From assembly GCF_902652985.1 (NCBI RefSeq), contig NC_047030.1:24180001-24244000 (forward strand): a stretch of 64,000 nt of DNA. The letters run 5' to 3'. The notes beneath the pieces are model-generated. The model ran no database searches. It was not told where the DNA came from and was given only the letters and a program-made list of their open reading frames with translations. Made by a program: the position numbers and the translations under genes. How positions within the stretch are numbered: position 1 is the first letter of the stretch; every line of letters starts with the position of its first letter. This document shows, in pieces, positions 15,431 to 27,990 of this stretch. The stretch is from Pecten maximus (taxonomy: Eukaryota).

Positions 15431-15679
15431 TTCTGGGTTTATCGCCCCGCAGATAACCAGAGTCATTTTGATGCGGGATAGTCCTGTAGTAGTTGGTGGC
15501 TACCTAACTGAACAACATACGGTTGACTTGTCGTATGCCATCCAGAGCAATTGGGTCAAACTGTAGAAATCGACCAGCTTCCTGATAAACACAAACCGAC
15601 ACGGGTAGGGAGCGTCGAACCACGCACCTCGGATCTTCACCTGAGGTTACGTGGCCGAGATTAAGCTATCGCGGCCCCC
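15431..15679 (-). mobile_element. tRNA-derived SINE, family A (CORE-like), internally deleted
   Basis: Minus-strand head GGGGCCGCGATAGC and B-box-like GGTTCGACGC; homologous to 26279-26525, 49342-49656 and 57176-57329. Confidence 0.8.
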
Positions 15680-15885
15680 TGTGGATGCACACGTAGTATC
15701 TAGAAATAAAAGAAAACCATTTAGTACTTTTAGTTGTATGTCAGATCATGCTATTTAGTTATATGTTGAATACAGGAACATTTTCGGACATGTCTGCATA
15801 ATGATGAACACAAATCCATGGTTAACACAGACTTTGGGTTCATCAAATTCCAAAACATTTCGAGGACTTCCCGTCATCAAAATCA

Positions 15886-16097
15886 AGGTTTTGTTTATTT
15901 AGTTTAACATCCCATAAACAGCCAGGGTCATTAAAGAACATGCCATGTTTTGGAGGTGGAGGAAAGTCGGAGTGCTCGGAGAAAAAACACCGACCTACAG
16001 CCAGTACCTGGCAACTGGGTTTCGAACTCGCGACCCAGAGGTGGAGATCATGTGATGAAGTGTCGGGAAACCTTAACCACTCGGCCACTGCAGTCCC
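15886..16097 (-). mobile_element. tRNA-derived SINE, family B (V-domain-like)
   Basis: Minus strand reads GTGGCCGAGTGGTTAAG (A box), GAGTTCGAAACC (B box), TTTTCTCCGAGCACTCCG..TTTCCTCC and tail AATGACCCTGGCTGTT; homologous to 55443-55661. Confidence 0.82.
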
Positions 16098-16779
16098 TAT
16101 TAAAACAAGGTCTTTTCCAAAATGTTTGGTGGAATTAAGACATTTATAAATATCAGTCGTAGTAACAATGTTGTAGTACGTGCAATAAGCAGTTTCAGCA
16201 AAAAAGGGGAAAATATAATTATGTCTCAAAATTTTAAACGTCATTATGAAGATTTGATTTCGTTAATATTTTAGGCAGCTAAAGCATCCTTAATAGTTTG
16301 TTTTAACACCAAAGATGTAGATTTAAGGATTTTTAGGTTAAATTTCATGAGTTTCAATGTATGACACTCAATTACAAGACTTTTTCCAAGGACCTAATTC
16401 ATTGACTTCCAAAATCTGCATGAACCATATCGATTCCTCCGCTGACTATCGGGATAAAGTCGATCGCAGTTCGCTGTAGTACACATCAACTGGAGATAAT
16501 TTCACGAAGAAAATCCAACATAATTTTAAATTGTGTGACAAAAAAACATCTTTTTTATCGAAAAAAAGTTGCAGAGCAAAAATCTTGTGGGGGGTGATAT
16601 AAAAAAAAACTGTGATCTCAAGTTCAAATAGTACCGTTTTTTGGTGTTTTTTGGTGGTTTTTTTTTTTTCAATTTGACAAATTCCTATTCCGTTTTGTTC
16701 CGTTTTCTGTTTTGCATATTAGAAACATCCTTCTTTGTCTGACTGCCATATCATCCTAAAATATACGTCTATTTCACAG

Positions 16780-17031
16780 CCTATCTTTATTCTAACAGCC
16801 AAAGAAAACCCGCAGGACGATCTCATCTCCATTTGATTTCATTAGTCACTATAGCACATTTTTTTCAAAAGTTGCACCATAATTCCAAAGCTTATCGACC
16901 GAAAACAAAACGCATATTCTCGGTAGGCGATGTTCAACACTCTAGATTGTCTCCAATGACATCTATTGATATGTATCGTCCTCGTGACGAGCACGCGGAT
17001 CCCCGCAGGCATTCGCACGCGACACTTCATT
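16780..17031 (+). other. Candidate orphan internal exon (252 nt, phase 1-1, open frame)
   Basis: tttcacag acceptor, T|gtaaga donor, and an open frame YLYSNSQRKPAGRSHL...DPRRHSHATLH; no recognisable domain. Confidence 0.2.
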
Positions 17032-17249
17032 GTAAGACATACACCACGGCAACATGTATAAATCAGCCTTATTACTTCAGATAAATTTACGTTATATTAG
17101 ATTTTATGTTTATTGTTTTGGGAAACATTTGTTGAAATAGAAAATTGAGCCAATAAAATTGGAAGAGAATGGCATCTGATCGATAGAACGCGTAGTCTAT
17201 AAAGGAGAGAGGAATTAGAGAGCTTTCTGTGTAGGAGAACTCGTTTTAT

Positions 17250-20200
17250 GTTGTACAACTTTGTGCATATAGCTGTATGATGTACAACATTGTACAGATA
17301 GTTGTCTGATGTACAACATTGTATAGATAGTTGTCTGATGTACAACATTGTATAGATAGTTGTCTGATGTACAACATTGTACAGATATTTGTCTGATGTA
17401 CAACATTGTACAGATAGTTGTCTGATGTACAACATTGTATAGATAGTTGTGTGATGTACAACATTGTACAGATAGTTGTGTGATGTACAACATTGTACAG
17501 ATATTGGTCTGATGTACAACATTGTACAGACAGTTGTCTGATGTACAACATTGTATAGATAGTTGTCTGATGTACAACATTGTACAGACAGTTGTCTGGT
17601 GTACAACATTGTACAGACAGTTGTCTGGTGTACAACATTGTACATATAGTTGTCTGATGTACAACATTGTACAGATAGTTGTCTGGTGTACAACATTGTA
17701 CATATAGTTGTCTGATGTACAACATTGTACATATAGTTGTCTGGTGTACAACATTGTACAGATAGTTGTCAGATGTACAACATTGTACAGATATTGGTCT
17801 GATAGACAACAATGTTCAAAAAGTTATTTGATGAACAACATTGTACAGATAGTTGTGTGATGTACAACATTGTACAGATAGTTGTCTGATTTACAACATT
17901 GTACAGATAGTTGTCTGATGTACAACATTGTACAGATAGTTGTATGTTGTACAACACTATACAGATAGTTGTCTGATGTACAAACATTGTACAGATATTT
18001 GTCTGATGTACAACATTGTACAGATAGTTGTCTGATGTACAACATTGTACAGATATTGGTCTGATGTACAACATTGTACAGATTGTTGTATGATGTACAA
18101 CACTATACAGATAGTTGTATGTTGTACACCATTGTACAGATTGTTGTATGATGTACAACATTATACAGATAGTTGTCTGATGTACAACATTATATAGATA
18201 GTTGTATGATGTACAACATTGTACAGATAGTTGTCTGATGTACAACATTGTACAGATAGTTGTCTGGTGTACAACATTGTACAGATATTGGTCTGATGTA
18301 CAACATTGTACAGACAGTTGTCTGATGTACAACATTGTACAGTAATTTGTCTGATGTACAACATTATACAGAAAGCTGTCTGATGTACAACATTGTACAG
18401 ATAGTTGTCTGATGTACAACATTATACAGATAGTTGTCTGATGTACAACATTGTACAGATAGTTGTTAGATGTACAACATTATACAGATAGTTGTCTGAT
18501 GTACAACATTGAACAGATAGTTGTTAGATGTACAACATTTTACAGATAGTTCTCTGATGTACAACATTTTACAGATAGTTGTCTGATGTACAACATTTTA
18601 CAGATAGTTGTCAGATGTACAACATTGTACAGATAGTTGTCTGATGTACAACATCATACAGATAGTTGTCTGATGTACAACATTATATAGATAGTTGTCT
18701 GATGTACAACATTGTACAGATAGTTGTGTGATGTACAACATTGTACAGATAGTTGTATGTTGTACAACACTATACAGATAGTTGTATGTTGTACACCATT
18801 ATACAGATAGTTGTCTGATGTACAACATTGTACAGATAGTTGTCTGATGTACAACACTATACAGATAGTTGTATGTTGTACACCATTGTACAGAAAGTTG
18901 TCTGATGTACAACACTATACAGATAGTTGTATGTTGTACACCATTGTACAGATATTTGTCTGATGTACAACATTGTACAGATAGTTGTCTGATGTACAAA
19001 CATTGTACAGATATTTGTCTGATGTACAACATTGTACAGATAGTTGTCTGATGTACAACATTGTACAGATATTTGTCTGATGTACAACATTGTACAGATA
19101 TTTGTCTGATGTACAACATTGTACAGATAGTTGTCTGATGTACAACATTGTACAGATAGTTGTTAGATGTACAACATTATACAGATAGTTGTCTGATGTA
19201 CAACATTGTACAGATAGTTGTCTGGTGTACAACATTGTACAGATAGTTGTGTGATGTACAACATTGTACAGATAGTTGTCTTATGTACAACACTGTATAG
19301 ATAGTTGTCTGATGTACACCATTGTACAGATAGTTGTCTGATGTACAACACTGTATAGAAAGTTGTCTGATGTACAGAATTGTATAGATATTAGTCTGAT
19401 GTACAACATTGTACATATAGTTGTTTGGTGTACAACATTGTACAGACAGTTGTCTGATGTACAACATTGTATAGATAGTTGTCTGATGTACAACATTGTA
19501 CAGACAGTTGTCTGATGTACAACACTGTATAGATAGTTGTCTGATGTACGACATTGTACAGACAGTTGTCTGATGTACAACACTGTATAGATATTTGTCT
19601 GATGTACAACATTGTACACATAGTTGTCTGGTGTACAACATTGTACAGTAATTTGTCTGATGTACAACATTGTACATATAGTTGTCTGGTGTACAACATT
19701 GTACAGATAGTTGTCTGATGTACAACATTGTACATATAGTTGTCTGATGTACAACATTGTACAGATAGTTGTATGATGTACAACATTGTAGATATTTGTC
19801 TGATGTACAACACTATACAGATAGTTGTCTGATGTACAACATTATATAGATAGTTGTCTGATGTACAACATTGTACAGATAGTTGTCTGATGTACAACAT
19901 CATACAGATAGTTGTCTGATGTACAACATTATATAGATAGTTGTCTGATGTACAACATTGTACAGATATTTGTCTGATGTACAAAATTGTACAGATATTG
20001 GTCTGATGTACAACATTGTACAGATATTTTTCTGATGTACAACATTATACAGATAGTTGTCTGATGTACAACATTGTACAGATATTGGTCTGATGTACAA
20101 CATTGTACAGATATTGGTCTGATGTACAACATTGTACAGATATTGGTCTGATGTACAACATTGTACAGATAGTTGTCTGATGTACAACATTGTACAGATA

Positions 20201-20597
20201 TTTGTCTGATGTACAACATTGTACAGATAGTTGTCTGATGTACAACATTGTACAGTAATTTGTCTGATGTACAACATTGTACATATAGTTGTCTGGTGTA
20301 CAACATTGTATAGATAGTTGTCAGATGTACAACATTGTACAGATAGTTGTCAGATGTACAACATTGTACAGATATTGGTCTGATGTACAACATTGTACAA
20401 ATATTGGTCTGATGTACAACATTGTACAGATATTTGTCTGATGTACAACATTGTACAGATATTTGTCTGATGTACAACATCGTATAGATAGTTGTTAGAT
20501 TTACAACATTGTACAGATAGTTATTAGATGTACAATATTGTACAGACAGTTGTCTGGTGTACAACAATGAACAGATAGTTGCCACATTGTACAGATA
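17250..20597. repeat. 29 bp palindrome-rich satellite, ~115 copies
   Basis: Unit GATGTACAACATTGTACAGATAGTTGTCT; the source of the many repetitive pseudo-ORFs in this interval. Confidence 0.98.
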
Positions 20598-21021
20598 ATT
20601 GCAAATGATTTTTTCCGTATAGTAATTATTTTTAATTTGTGTATTAGTTTGTGTCAACATAGAAAATATCAATCTCTAACCTTTCAAGCCATGACTCATG
20701 TCTGACAGAACTTTGATCTTTGCTGTATCTTTTCATTTTTTAACAATTTCAACATAAAATGTAGTTTATATTTCGAAATGAAGGGTTTACACAAAATTTA
20801 TTTATGTCATGGATCATATGGGAATATTTGACTTCCGCTTTGGGCCACGATAATGACACATCATACATATTTGCTGAGAAGCTTCATCGAGTCGTGGGGT
20901 TCAAGGGTCATCTAAACAGCACATCCAAAGATACGAAACTACACGTACATGTATATTTATGACGTAAGTGAAGTTGTCGACACCAGCTGTAAACCACATG
21001 AAGTATTATGTGTATAATTAA

Positions 21022-21492
21022 AGAGGCTTGCCCGCAGAGAGATCAGTAAATTGGCTAATAGAAAAAGATTTTTTACACATGACAGATTGTTGGAATTGTT
21101 GAGTTTTTCATTTTTATTTTCCTTATAAAACGCTGAAAAGTGATATTAAACCTCATTTTTTAAATATTATTTATTTAATCGCAACCCGCAATAAGTCCCC
21201 GCTATAAAGTGGAGTCTAATTTGATTGACACATCAAAGAAACAAGCACGTGCACAGTGCCGCACAGTGATAACTTCAAAGGCAGCGGCGATTTACAAAGA
21301 AGATTTGCCATTATATTCCATACATTTCCCTCTCAGGTTGAGTTTTAAAACGTCTTTTAAATACATATTCTGTAATTGTTTTCAAGAAATAAAGTCGGAA
21401 AGCCTCTAATTTTGTCACAAAGAAACGTGTACTGAAGTTTATTTAGTGATCGGAGATGTGCCGTTTACCGGTCCGTCTGCGGGTAAGCCTCT
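21022..21492. mobile_element. MITE with TTAA target duplication (Kolobok-type termini)
   Basis: TTAA|AGAGGCTTGCCCGCAGA ... TCTGCGGGTAAGCCTCT|TTAA; TIR matches at 16/17. Confidence 0.85.
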
Positions 21493-21513
21493 TTAACTAA
21501 TTGATGTATTTGA

Positions 21514-21857
21514 AGGGGCATTCCTTCGGTTGAATAATGTTTAGGTCGTCAAAATTAAACTTTATGGAAAAAACGGATCTTTTCCAAATGGTAAAAAGTA
21601 TAATCTTTCCATTAATAAGGCAGTTTTACTCTCAAGATAAACCAAAGTTCTTCGAGTATGAAGTCATGAAAATTCTTAATTCGACCCGAAGTATCACTAA
21701 TTACCGCAAAGACATACGGTATTTGTGTACGATACCCCTTTTTCTTGTACATTTGGCGTTAATTCATTACAGACACTCATATAATCATCGTTCGGACATA
21801 GATTTCATCAAGAGAAATTATGTATGTTTCTAAATGTCCGAAATAAGGAATGCCACT
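21514..21857. mobile_element. MITE, TTAA-type family, copy 1 (344 bp)
   Basis: AGGGGCATTCCTT...AAGGAATGCCACT termini; body collinear with 37581-37924. Confidence 0.82.
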
Positions 21858-21959
21858 TCGTATAAATATAAATTATATTGTTTTTATCCGCACACAAAAT
21901 CAGGCTTTTTAGTATAGTTCCTATTGATTGATCCCGCGTAACGCTCAGCATTTGGGAAT

Positions 21960-22231
21960 ATGACGACTGCTTCGCCCTTTCTCAGTATAACGAGACTGGG
22001 TGGATGTCTTTGGCAGTGTGCTTCAGTGAGGTAGCACTATAAAGTCGAAATCCGTTCCATCCTATCTCAGGGAGACACAGGGACTTTACGCGAATTCCCA
22101 ACCCACGGTCCATTTATACATATTATAGTATCGTATATATACGTGGGTTGCGAATTCGTGACAAATCCCTGTGTAGGAAGATGCCTCCTAAACTACACAA
22201 ATTGTCACAGCGAGGACGTTAAACAAACAAC
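21960..22231 (+). mobile_element. SINE fragment (Meta-like domain) interrupted by a MITE
   Basis: CAGTATAACGAGACTGGGTGG..GCTTCAGTGAGGTAGCACTATAAA...GGACGTTAAACAAAC tail; resembles the reverse complement of 27650-27730. Confidence 0.55.
22075..22174. mobile_element. 100 bp palindromic MITE (CACAGGG termini)
   Basis: ACACAGGGA..CGAATTCCCAACCCACG / CGTGGGTTGCGAATTCG..TCCCTGTGT; a relative lies at 44818-44973. Confidence 0.75.
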
Positions 22232-23716
22232 AGTTCGTGAAATTTGCATATAAATACTAAGCAATATTTCATAAATTTTTAAAGTTTCAGTTAGATAAAA
22301 ACGGCTTTTTACCTGAATACGCCATTAAGAGGAACATTATTAAAAAACGTCAAAAAAATCAGGTTTGTATGACACTCGTGTGTAATGATTAATGTAATCC
22401 ATCTCCTAATATTTTATATAAAAATACCGATGAACGGTAGTAAGATTAATTCGTTGACGTTTCACTTTGAAAACCGTAGGATGTGATTACCTGTTTTCAT
22501 TCTGGAAAAAAAAACATTTGAACCACTTCGAATGGCATAGCATTTAAATCCAGAAATCCATTTCCTCAAGTACCACTCTCAAGTGTTTTATTTGTGAAAT
22601 GACAGATGTAAATGGTCTGTTTGATGGCAGATACATCATTAGAAACTATCATGATCTCCTTATTGAAATGCAAGACGGTTTGAAGGCTCAGACCCACGTC
22701 ATTAGGACGATAATAGTATCTTTCTTGCTATCGACAATGACAGAAACATGCTTCGCGCTACAGGCACTTTTAGGTGTTTGGTAAAACGAAATCCCTATTC
22801 CCCATACGGAATACATGTGTACCATATTCTGTAACCAGAATGTAAAAAGTATTAAGTTACATGTACATGCCTGTTAAAATGCACGTCATGTGACTTGTTA
22901 ACAAATATGGCAGACATGCCACTCCTAATTAGACGCACACGTCACGTGCCGAGTGAAAAGTTTACAACGCATGCGCATAGGAAGATTTGTACTTTTGTCA
23001 TCATAAAAGATCACCATCAACATCACTGGGAGTTGGACAGTAAACACCGTAATGTGGAGGTTGCATGTGATGTATACAGTAAGGATATCACGTGACGCCT
23101 CTAATCTCTGTACATATTCTCAGTTGGTGAACCTTATTGATCAATGTCGGTTGTCTCGTTTGTTTACATGGATGAGTATCAAGGTCCAGATACATGTACG
23201 TCACTAATTCAAATTATTCTGGCAATTTATACCTTCATATTTTACCTAAAGTTCTAACTTACATTAAAGGGGAAACTTTGTCATGTTTGTTTATTTTTGT
23301 TTATTTTTTATGTCAAAAATTATTTCATGAAATTGTACTTCTGTACTCATTATGAATTATCCATGCCCATATATTAATAAAACCTTATCCAATCTACCTC
23401 CAGAATGCACTGCGAAAGAGACTGCAGCTAATCAGTTTCGATCTGCATGAAACTCAATCTTCGCATCCAAGGGTTCAGTTTCCGACTTAACTTCCCAGTA
23501 CTGAAGGTCCTTTTTTAATAACCAATTAATTGATTAAAGCGTTCTGATTAGCAGCGGTAATACATTGCTTTGTTTATTTACTCGTAATTACCAAAAATAT
23601 GCGAGCAATTGATATATTCCGATTAAATTCTCAAATCGCGATTTTTGCATTTTAGTCGCTTGAAAAGTCACCTGATATCTGAGAAAGATATCACCTAGAG
23701 CCATTAAACAGTATAT

Positions 23717-25455
23717 GACAAAGTGGATGTTATCTTAAGGGTCAGACAAAGTGGGTGTTATCTTAATGGTCAGACAAAGTGGGTGTTATCTTAAGGGTCA
23801 GACAAAGTGGGTGTTATCTTAAGGGTCAGACAAAGTGGATGTTATCTTAAGGGTTAGACAAAGTGGGTGCTATCTTAAGGGTCAGACAAAGTGGGTGTTA
23901 TCTTAAGGGTCAGACAAAGTGGGTGTTATCTTAAGGGTCAGACAAAGTGGATGTTATCTTAAGGGTCAGACAAAGTGGATGTTATCTTAAGGGTCAGACA
24001 AAGTGGATGTTATCTTAAGGGTCAGACAAAGTTGGTGTTATCTTAAGGGTCAGACAAAGTGGGTTTTATCTTAAGGTTCAGACAAAGTGGATGTTATCTT
24101 AAGGGTCAGACAAAGTGGATGTTATCTTAAGGGTCAGACAAAGTGGATGTTATCTTAAGGGTCAGACAAAGTGGATGTTATCTTAAGGGTCAGACAAAGT
24201 GGATGTTATCTTAAGGGTCAGACAAAGTGGGTGTTATCTTAAGGGTCAGACAAAGTGGATGTTATCTTAAGGGTCAGACAAAGTGGATGTTATCTTAAGG
24301 GTCAGACAAAGTGGATGTTATCTTAAGAGTCAGACAAAGTGGATGTTATCTTAAGGGTCAGACAAAGTGGGTGTTATCTTAAGAGTCAGACAAAGTGGGT
24401 GTTATCTTAAGGGTCAGACAAAGTGGGTGTTATCTTAAGGGTCAGACAAAGTGGATGTTATCTTAAGGGTCAGACAGAGTGGATGTTATCTTAAGGGTCA
24501 GACAAAGTGGACGTTATCTTAAGGGTCAGACAAAGTGGATGTTATCTTAAGGGTCAGACAAAGTGGATGTTATCTTAAGGGTCAGACAAAGTGGGTGTTA
24601 TCTTAAGGGTCAGACAAAGTGGGTGTTATCTTAAGGGTCAGACAAAGTGGGTGTTATCTTAAGGGTCAGACAAAGTGGACGTTATCTTAAGGGTCAGACA
24701 AAGTGGGTGTTATCTTAAGGGTCAGACAAAGTGGGTGTTATCTTAAGGGTCAGACAAAGTGGATGTTATCTTAAGGGTCAGACAAAGTGGATGTTATCTT
24801 AAGGGTCAGACAAAGTGGACGTTATCTTAAGGGTCAGACAAAGTGGATGTTATCTTAAGGGTCAGACAAAGTGGATGTTATCTTAAGGGTCAGACAAAGT
24901 GGGCGTTATCTTAAGGGTCAGACAAAGTGGACGTTATCTTAAGGGTCAGACAAAGTGGATGTTATCTTAAGGGTCAGACAAAGTGGATGTTATCTTAAGG
25001 GTCAGACAAAGTGGATGTTATCTTAAGGGTCAGACAAAGTGGACGTTATCTTAAGGGTCAGACAAAGTGGACGTTATCTTAAGGGTCAGACAAAGTGGAC
25101 GTTATCTTAAGGGTCAGACAAAGTGGGTGTTATCTTAAGGGTCAGACAAAGTGGATGTTATCTTAAGGGTCAGACAAAGTGGACGTTATCTTAAGGGTCA
25201 GACAAAGTGGATGTTATCTTAAGGGTCAGACAAAGTGGACGTTATCTTAAGGGTCAGACAAAGTGGACGTTATCTTAAGGGTCAGACAAAGTGGGCGTTA
25301 TCTTAAGGGTCAGACAAAGTGGATGTTATCTTAAGGGTCAGACAAAGTGGATGTTATCTTAAGGGTCAGACAAAGTGGACGTTATCTTAAGGGTCAGACA
25401 AAGTGGGTGTTATCTTAAGGGTCAGACAAAGTGGATGTTATCTTAATGGTCAGAC
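23717..25455. repeat. 28 bp minisatellite, ~62 copies, very homogeneous
   Basis: Unit GACAAAGTGG(A/G)(T/C)GTTATCTTAAGGGTCA. Confidence 0.98.
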
Positions 25456-26278
25456 GACAACAAATAGCACAATGTTTTAAAAGCATTTCAAATCTATTTC
25501 AACAAGGAATGTTATATCTGTGGAAAAGATCATCATTAGTGTTATAGAACAACATTATTTTCTAAGATTAACACAGCACGCCTGTATATCCTCGCCACCA
25601 TTGATCATTCTGGCATCACGGACTGTTATTGACCCTTCGCCCTTAATCTGTTTACCATTGACGATTCAACGAATTAACAGTTCAAGATGAGGTACTAGTC
25701 ATGATTGGTGCATATTGCATCATTTTTTGGCGTTACGCCGATGTCTCTGTCTGTTCTTACATTGCACACCCGTTATATTATACAGAAGCATTTTAACACA
25801 TACAGAAGCATTTCAAAATCTTCAAATCTGTTTTACAAATCAACCCCCCTAACTGTCCCTGAAATATGTAAACCTAATGCAGGAAACGGTGAATTGTTTT
25901 TGTTTGGCCTTTAACTACAATCGGCGGTAGACACCTGCCGGTCTTATTAAGGTGAGCTATTGCTATTTGATCATCACGCCCTACAGGAAATGTGTTGAAC
26001 TTGTGAAACAACAATATCTCCGAAATCGAAATTACCCTGGCCATACAAATAAGCAATACTACTGGAAATTAGGCTTCAGTATTACAACATAAACCTTTCT
26101 CAGCCTCTCTAAAGTTACGTGTTCGCTTGAATAGTGTTATTGTCGGGTTCGTGATAATACCAGCTACCTTTCACTTTTATAATCATTACACAGAGAAATT
26201 AAACCAATACCGACATGATTCATACACGCAGGAAAAGGAAAGCCTTGATAATCACGGTAATGCAACTCTGCACGGATC

Positions 26279-26640
26279 CAAGGTGCGTGGTTCCACGCTT
26301 CTTACCGGTGTAGGTTTGTGTTTCTCGTGAAGCTGAGAAACGCGCCGGGCCGTTTTCGTGGTTGTGTCCATGGGCAAGACATTTACCCTTAATTTTCTTG
26401 ATGGCATGCGACGAATATCCCGTATGTTGTTCAGTGAGGTAGTCACCAACTACTACAAGGTGACTCGCCTCAAAATGACATTTGCTGTTCACAGGGTGAT
26501 AAACCCAGTAAATAAACAAGCAAACTTATAAAAACAATTCTTATATACTACTATAACACACCAACTACTACAAGGAGACCCGCCTCAAAATGACAATGCC
26601 TGTTCACAGGGCGATAACCCCAGTAAATAAACAAGCAAAC
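26279..26640 (+). mobile_element. SINE family A copy with a tandemly duplicated 3' end
   Basis: CORE-like TGGGCAAGACATTTACC; tail CACCAACTACTACAAGG..CAAAATGAC..AAACCCAGTAAATAAACAAGCAAAC, repeated at 26558-26640. Confidence 0.82.
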
Positions 26641-26729
26641 TTGTAATAACAATTCCTATATACTGCTATAACACAGCGACACAGCCGTCTCAAAGCGGTT
26701 CACAAATTATTATCCGAACGTTGTTATTG

Positions 26730-26975
26730 GGTTTTTAGCCGCAAGGCAATGTATGTCTCAATTTCCTGAAGAGCATACGACCGGAGCTGCCGTTTCGTCG
26801 CTAACAGCGTACATGCTACATGTCTTGCGCTGCCCTATTACGTACTCATTTATCATTTACAACTGAGCCGACTTGACCACAACGGAGTAGAGTATCTTGT
26901 TTGTGCCGAGACTCGAACTAACGACCCTTCGGTCGCATAGCCCGGAGTCCTAAACATGTACCATTAGATCGCCAT
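26730..26975 (-). mobile_element. Degenerate tRNA-derived SINE (another central domain)
   Basis: B-box-like GTTCGAGTCTC on the minus strand; lies in a SINE cluster. Confidence 0.45.
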
Positions 26976-27344
26976 ACCCCCAAAAGCGTGTGTGAGATAA
27001 AGGTAAACACAGCATAACACAAGAAGAGGAAAACATACCTGTTAAACGTTTTAGTGAACAGTACAAACCACCAGTAAGTGTAGACAAACAGCAGAGATTA
27101 CCGACATTCAAACGAATCACTTATTCTAACTCAAAATCTACCAAACGAGGGACATTACGCACAAAAGACCGGCATGGAGACTGATGTAAAGGTACGAAAA
27201 GACAAGACCGTGTGCTCCGGAAGTGTAAGCGTCTTTTCCGTCATCGACGATACCTACCCTACAAATATATGGCTGTCCTGGTCACATCTTAACTGTAGGC
27301 AATTAAGAGTAAACTATAAGTTTGTGTTTGTGACGACAAACATG

Positions 27345-27990
27345 TTTTGGTTTTGTATCGTTTGTCGTCCTATCAACAGTTATGATAATTTAAGGACGGC
27401 CCCCTCTGTACTATCACAGGGAGACACGAACATACCACAGCCTCCCAAAACACACATACACACGCATACATGTCGCACGCATGGGAGGCCGTCCTGGGCT
27501 GTTGATAGGACGTTAAACCAATAAAACCAAACCAAACCAAACATATACTCGACATATCTAATCCTGTGCGGTATGTGCGAATACATGGATGTATGTATGT
27601 GTTTTGGGAGGCAGTGTTTTGTTCGTGTTTGTATCTCTGAGAAAACTACGAATCCGATTGTCTACTTTACCGAAGCATACTGCCGAAGACACCCAGCAGG
27701 ACATCTCACCCGGTCATATCATACTGGCAAAGTTACCAGGCGAACCAGTCGTCCCATTCCACGAAATGATGAGCGCTAAGCAGGAGCAGAAACTGCCATT
27801 TTTATAGACTCTGGTATGTAATGGCCAGAGTAAAGAACACAAAACCTACTCACAGGGGCGAACACACTCAAAGGCCAAAAGTGAGGCAGTGTGAAGGGTG
27901 ACACTAGGAAGAATAAAGCTGATAGAAAGAAGAGAAAAGATAATATCACAAATTTAGTCGCCTCTTACGACCATGCAATGGGAGCAGCAG
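27345..27990. mobile_element. Cluster of Meta-like SINE fragments in both orientations
   Basis: GGCTGTTGATAGGACGTTAAAC(CAAA)n tail on + (27497-27541) and its inverted copy near 27345-27400. A minus-strand body covers 27590-27990, and 27855-27970 resembles 49116-49210. Confidence 0.6.

Noticed and set aside
17097-20672. Many Cys/Tyr-rich ORFs (MLYIRQLSVQCCTSDNYLYNVVHQTT...)
   Set aside because: They are translations of the 29-bp satellite in all frames; the unit is not a multiple of 3 and there is no gene structure.
23717-25455. 28-32 bp arrays (also 34750-35900 and 57698-59356) as CRISPR
   Set aside because: The units are head-to-tail with no unique spacers, there are no cas genes, and the context is eukaryotic.
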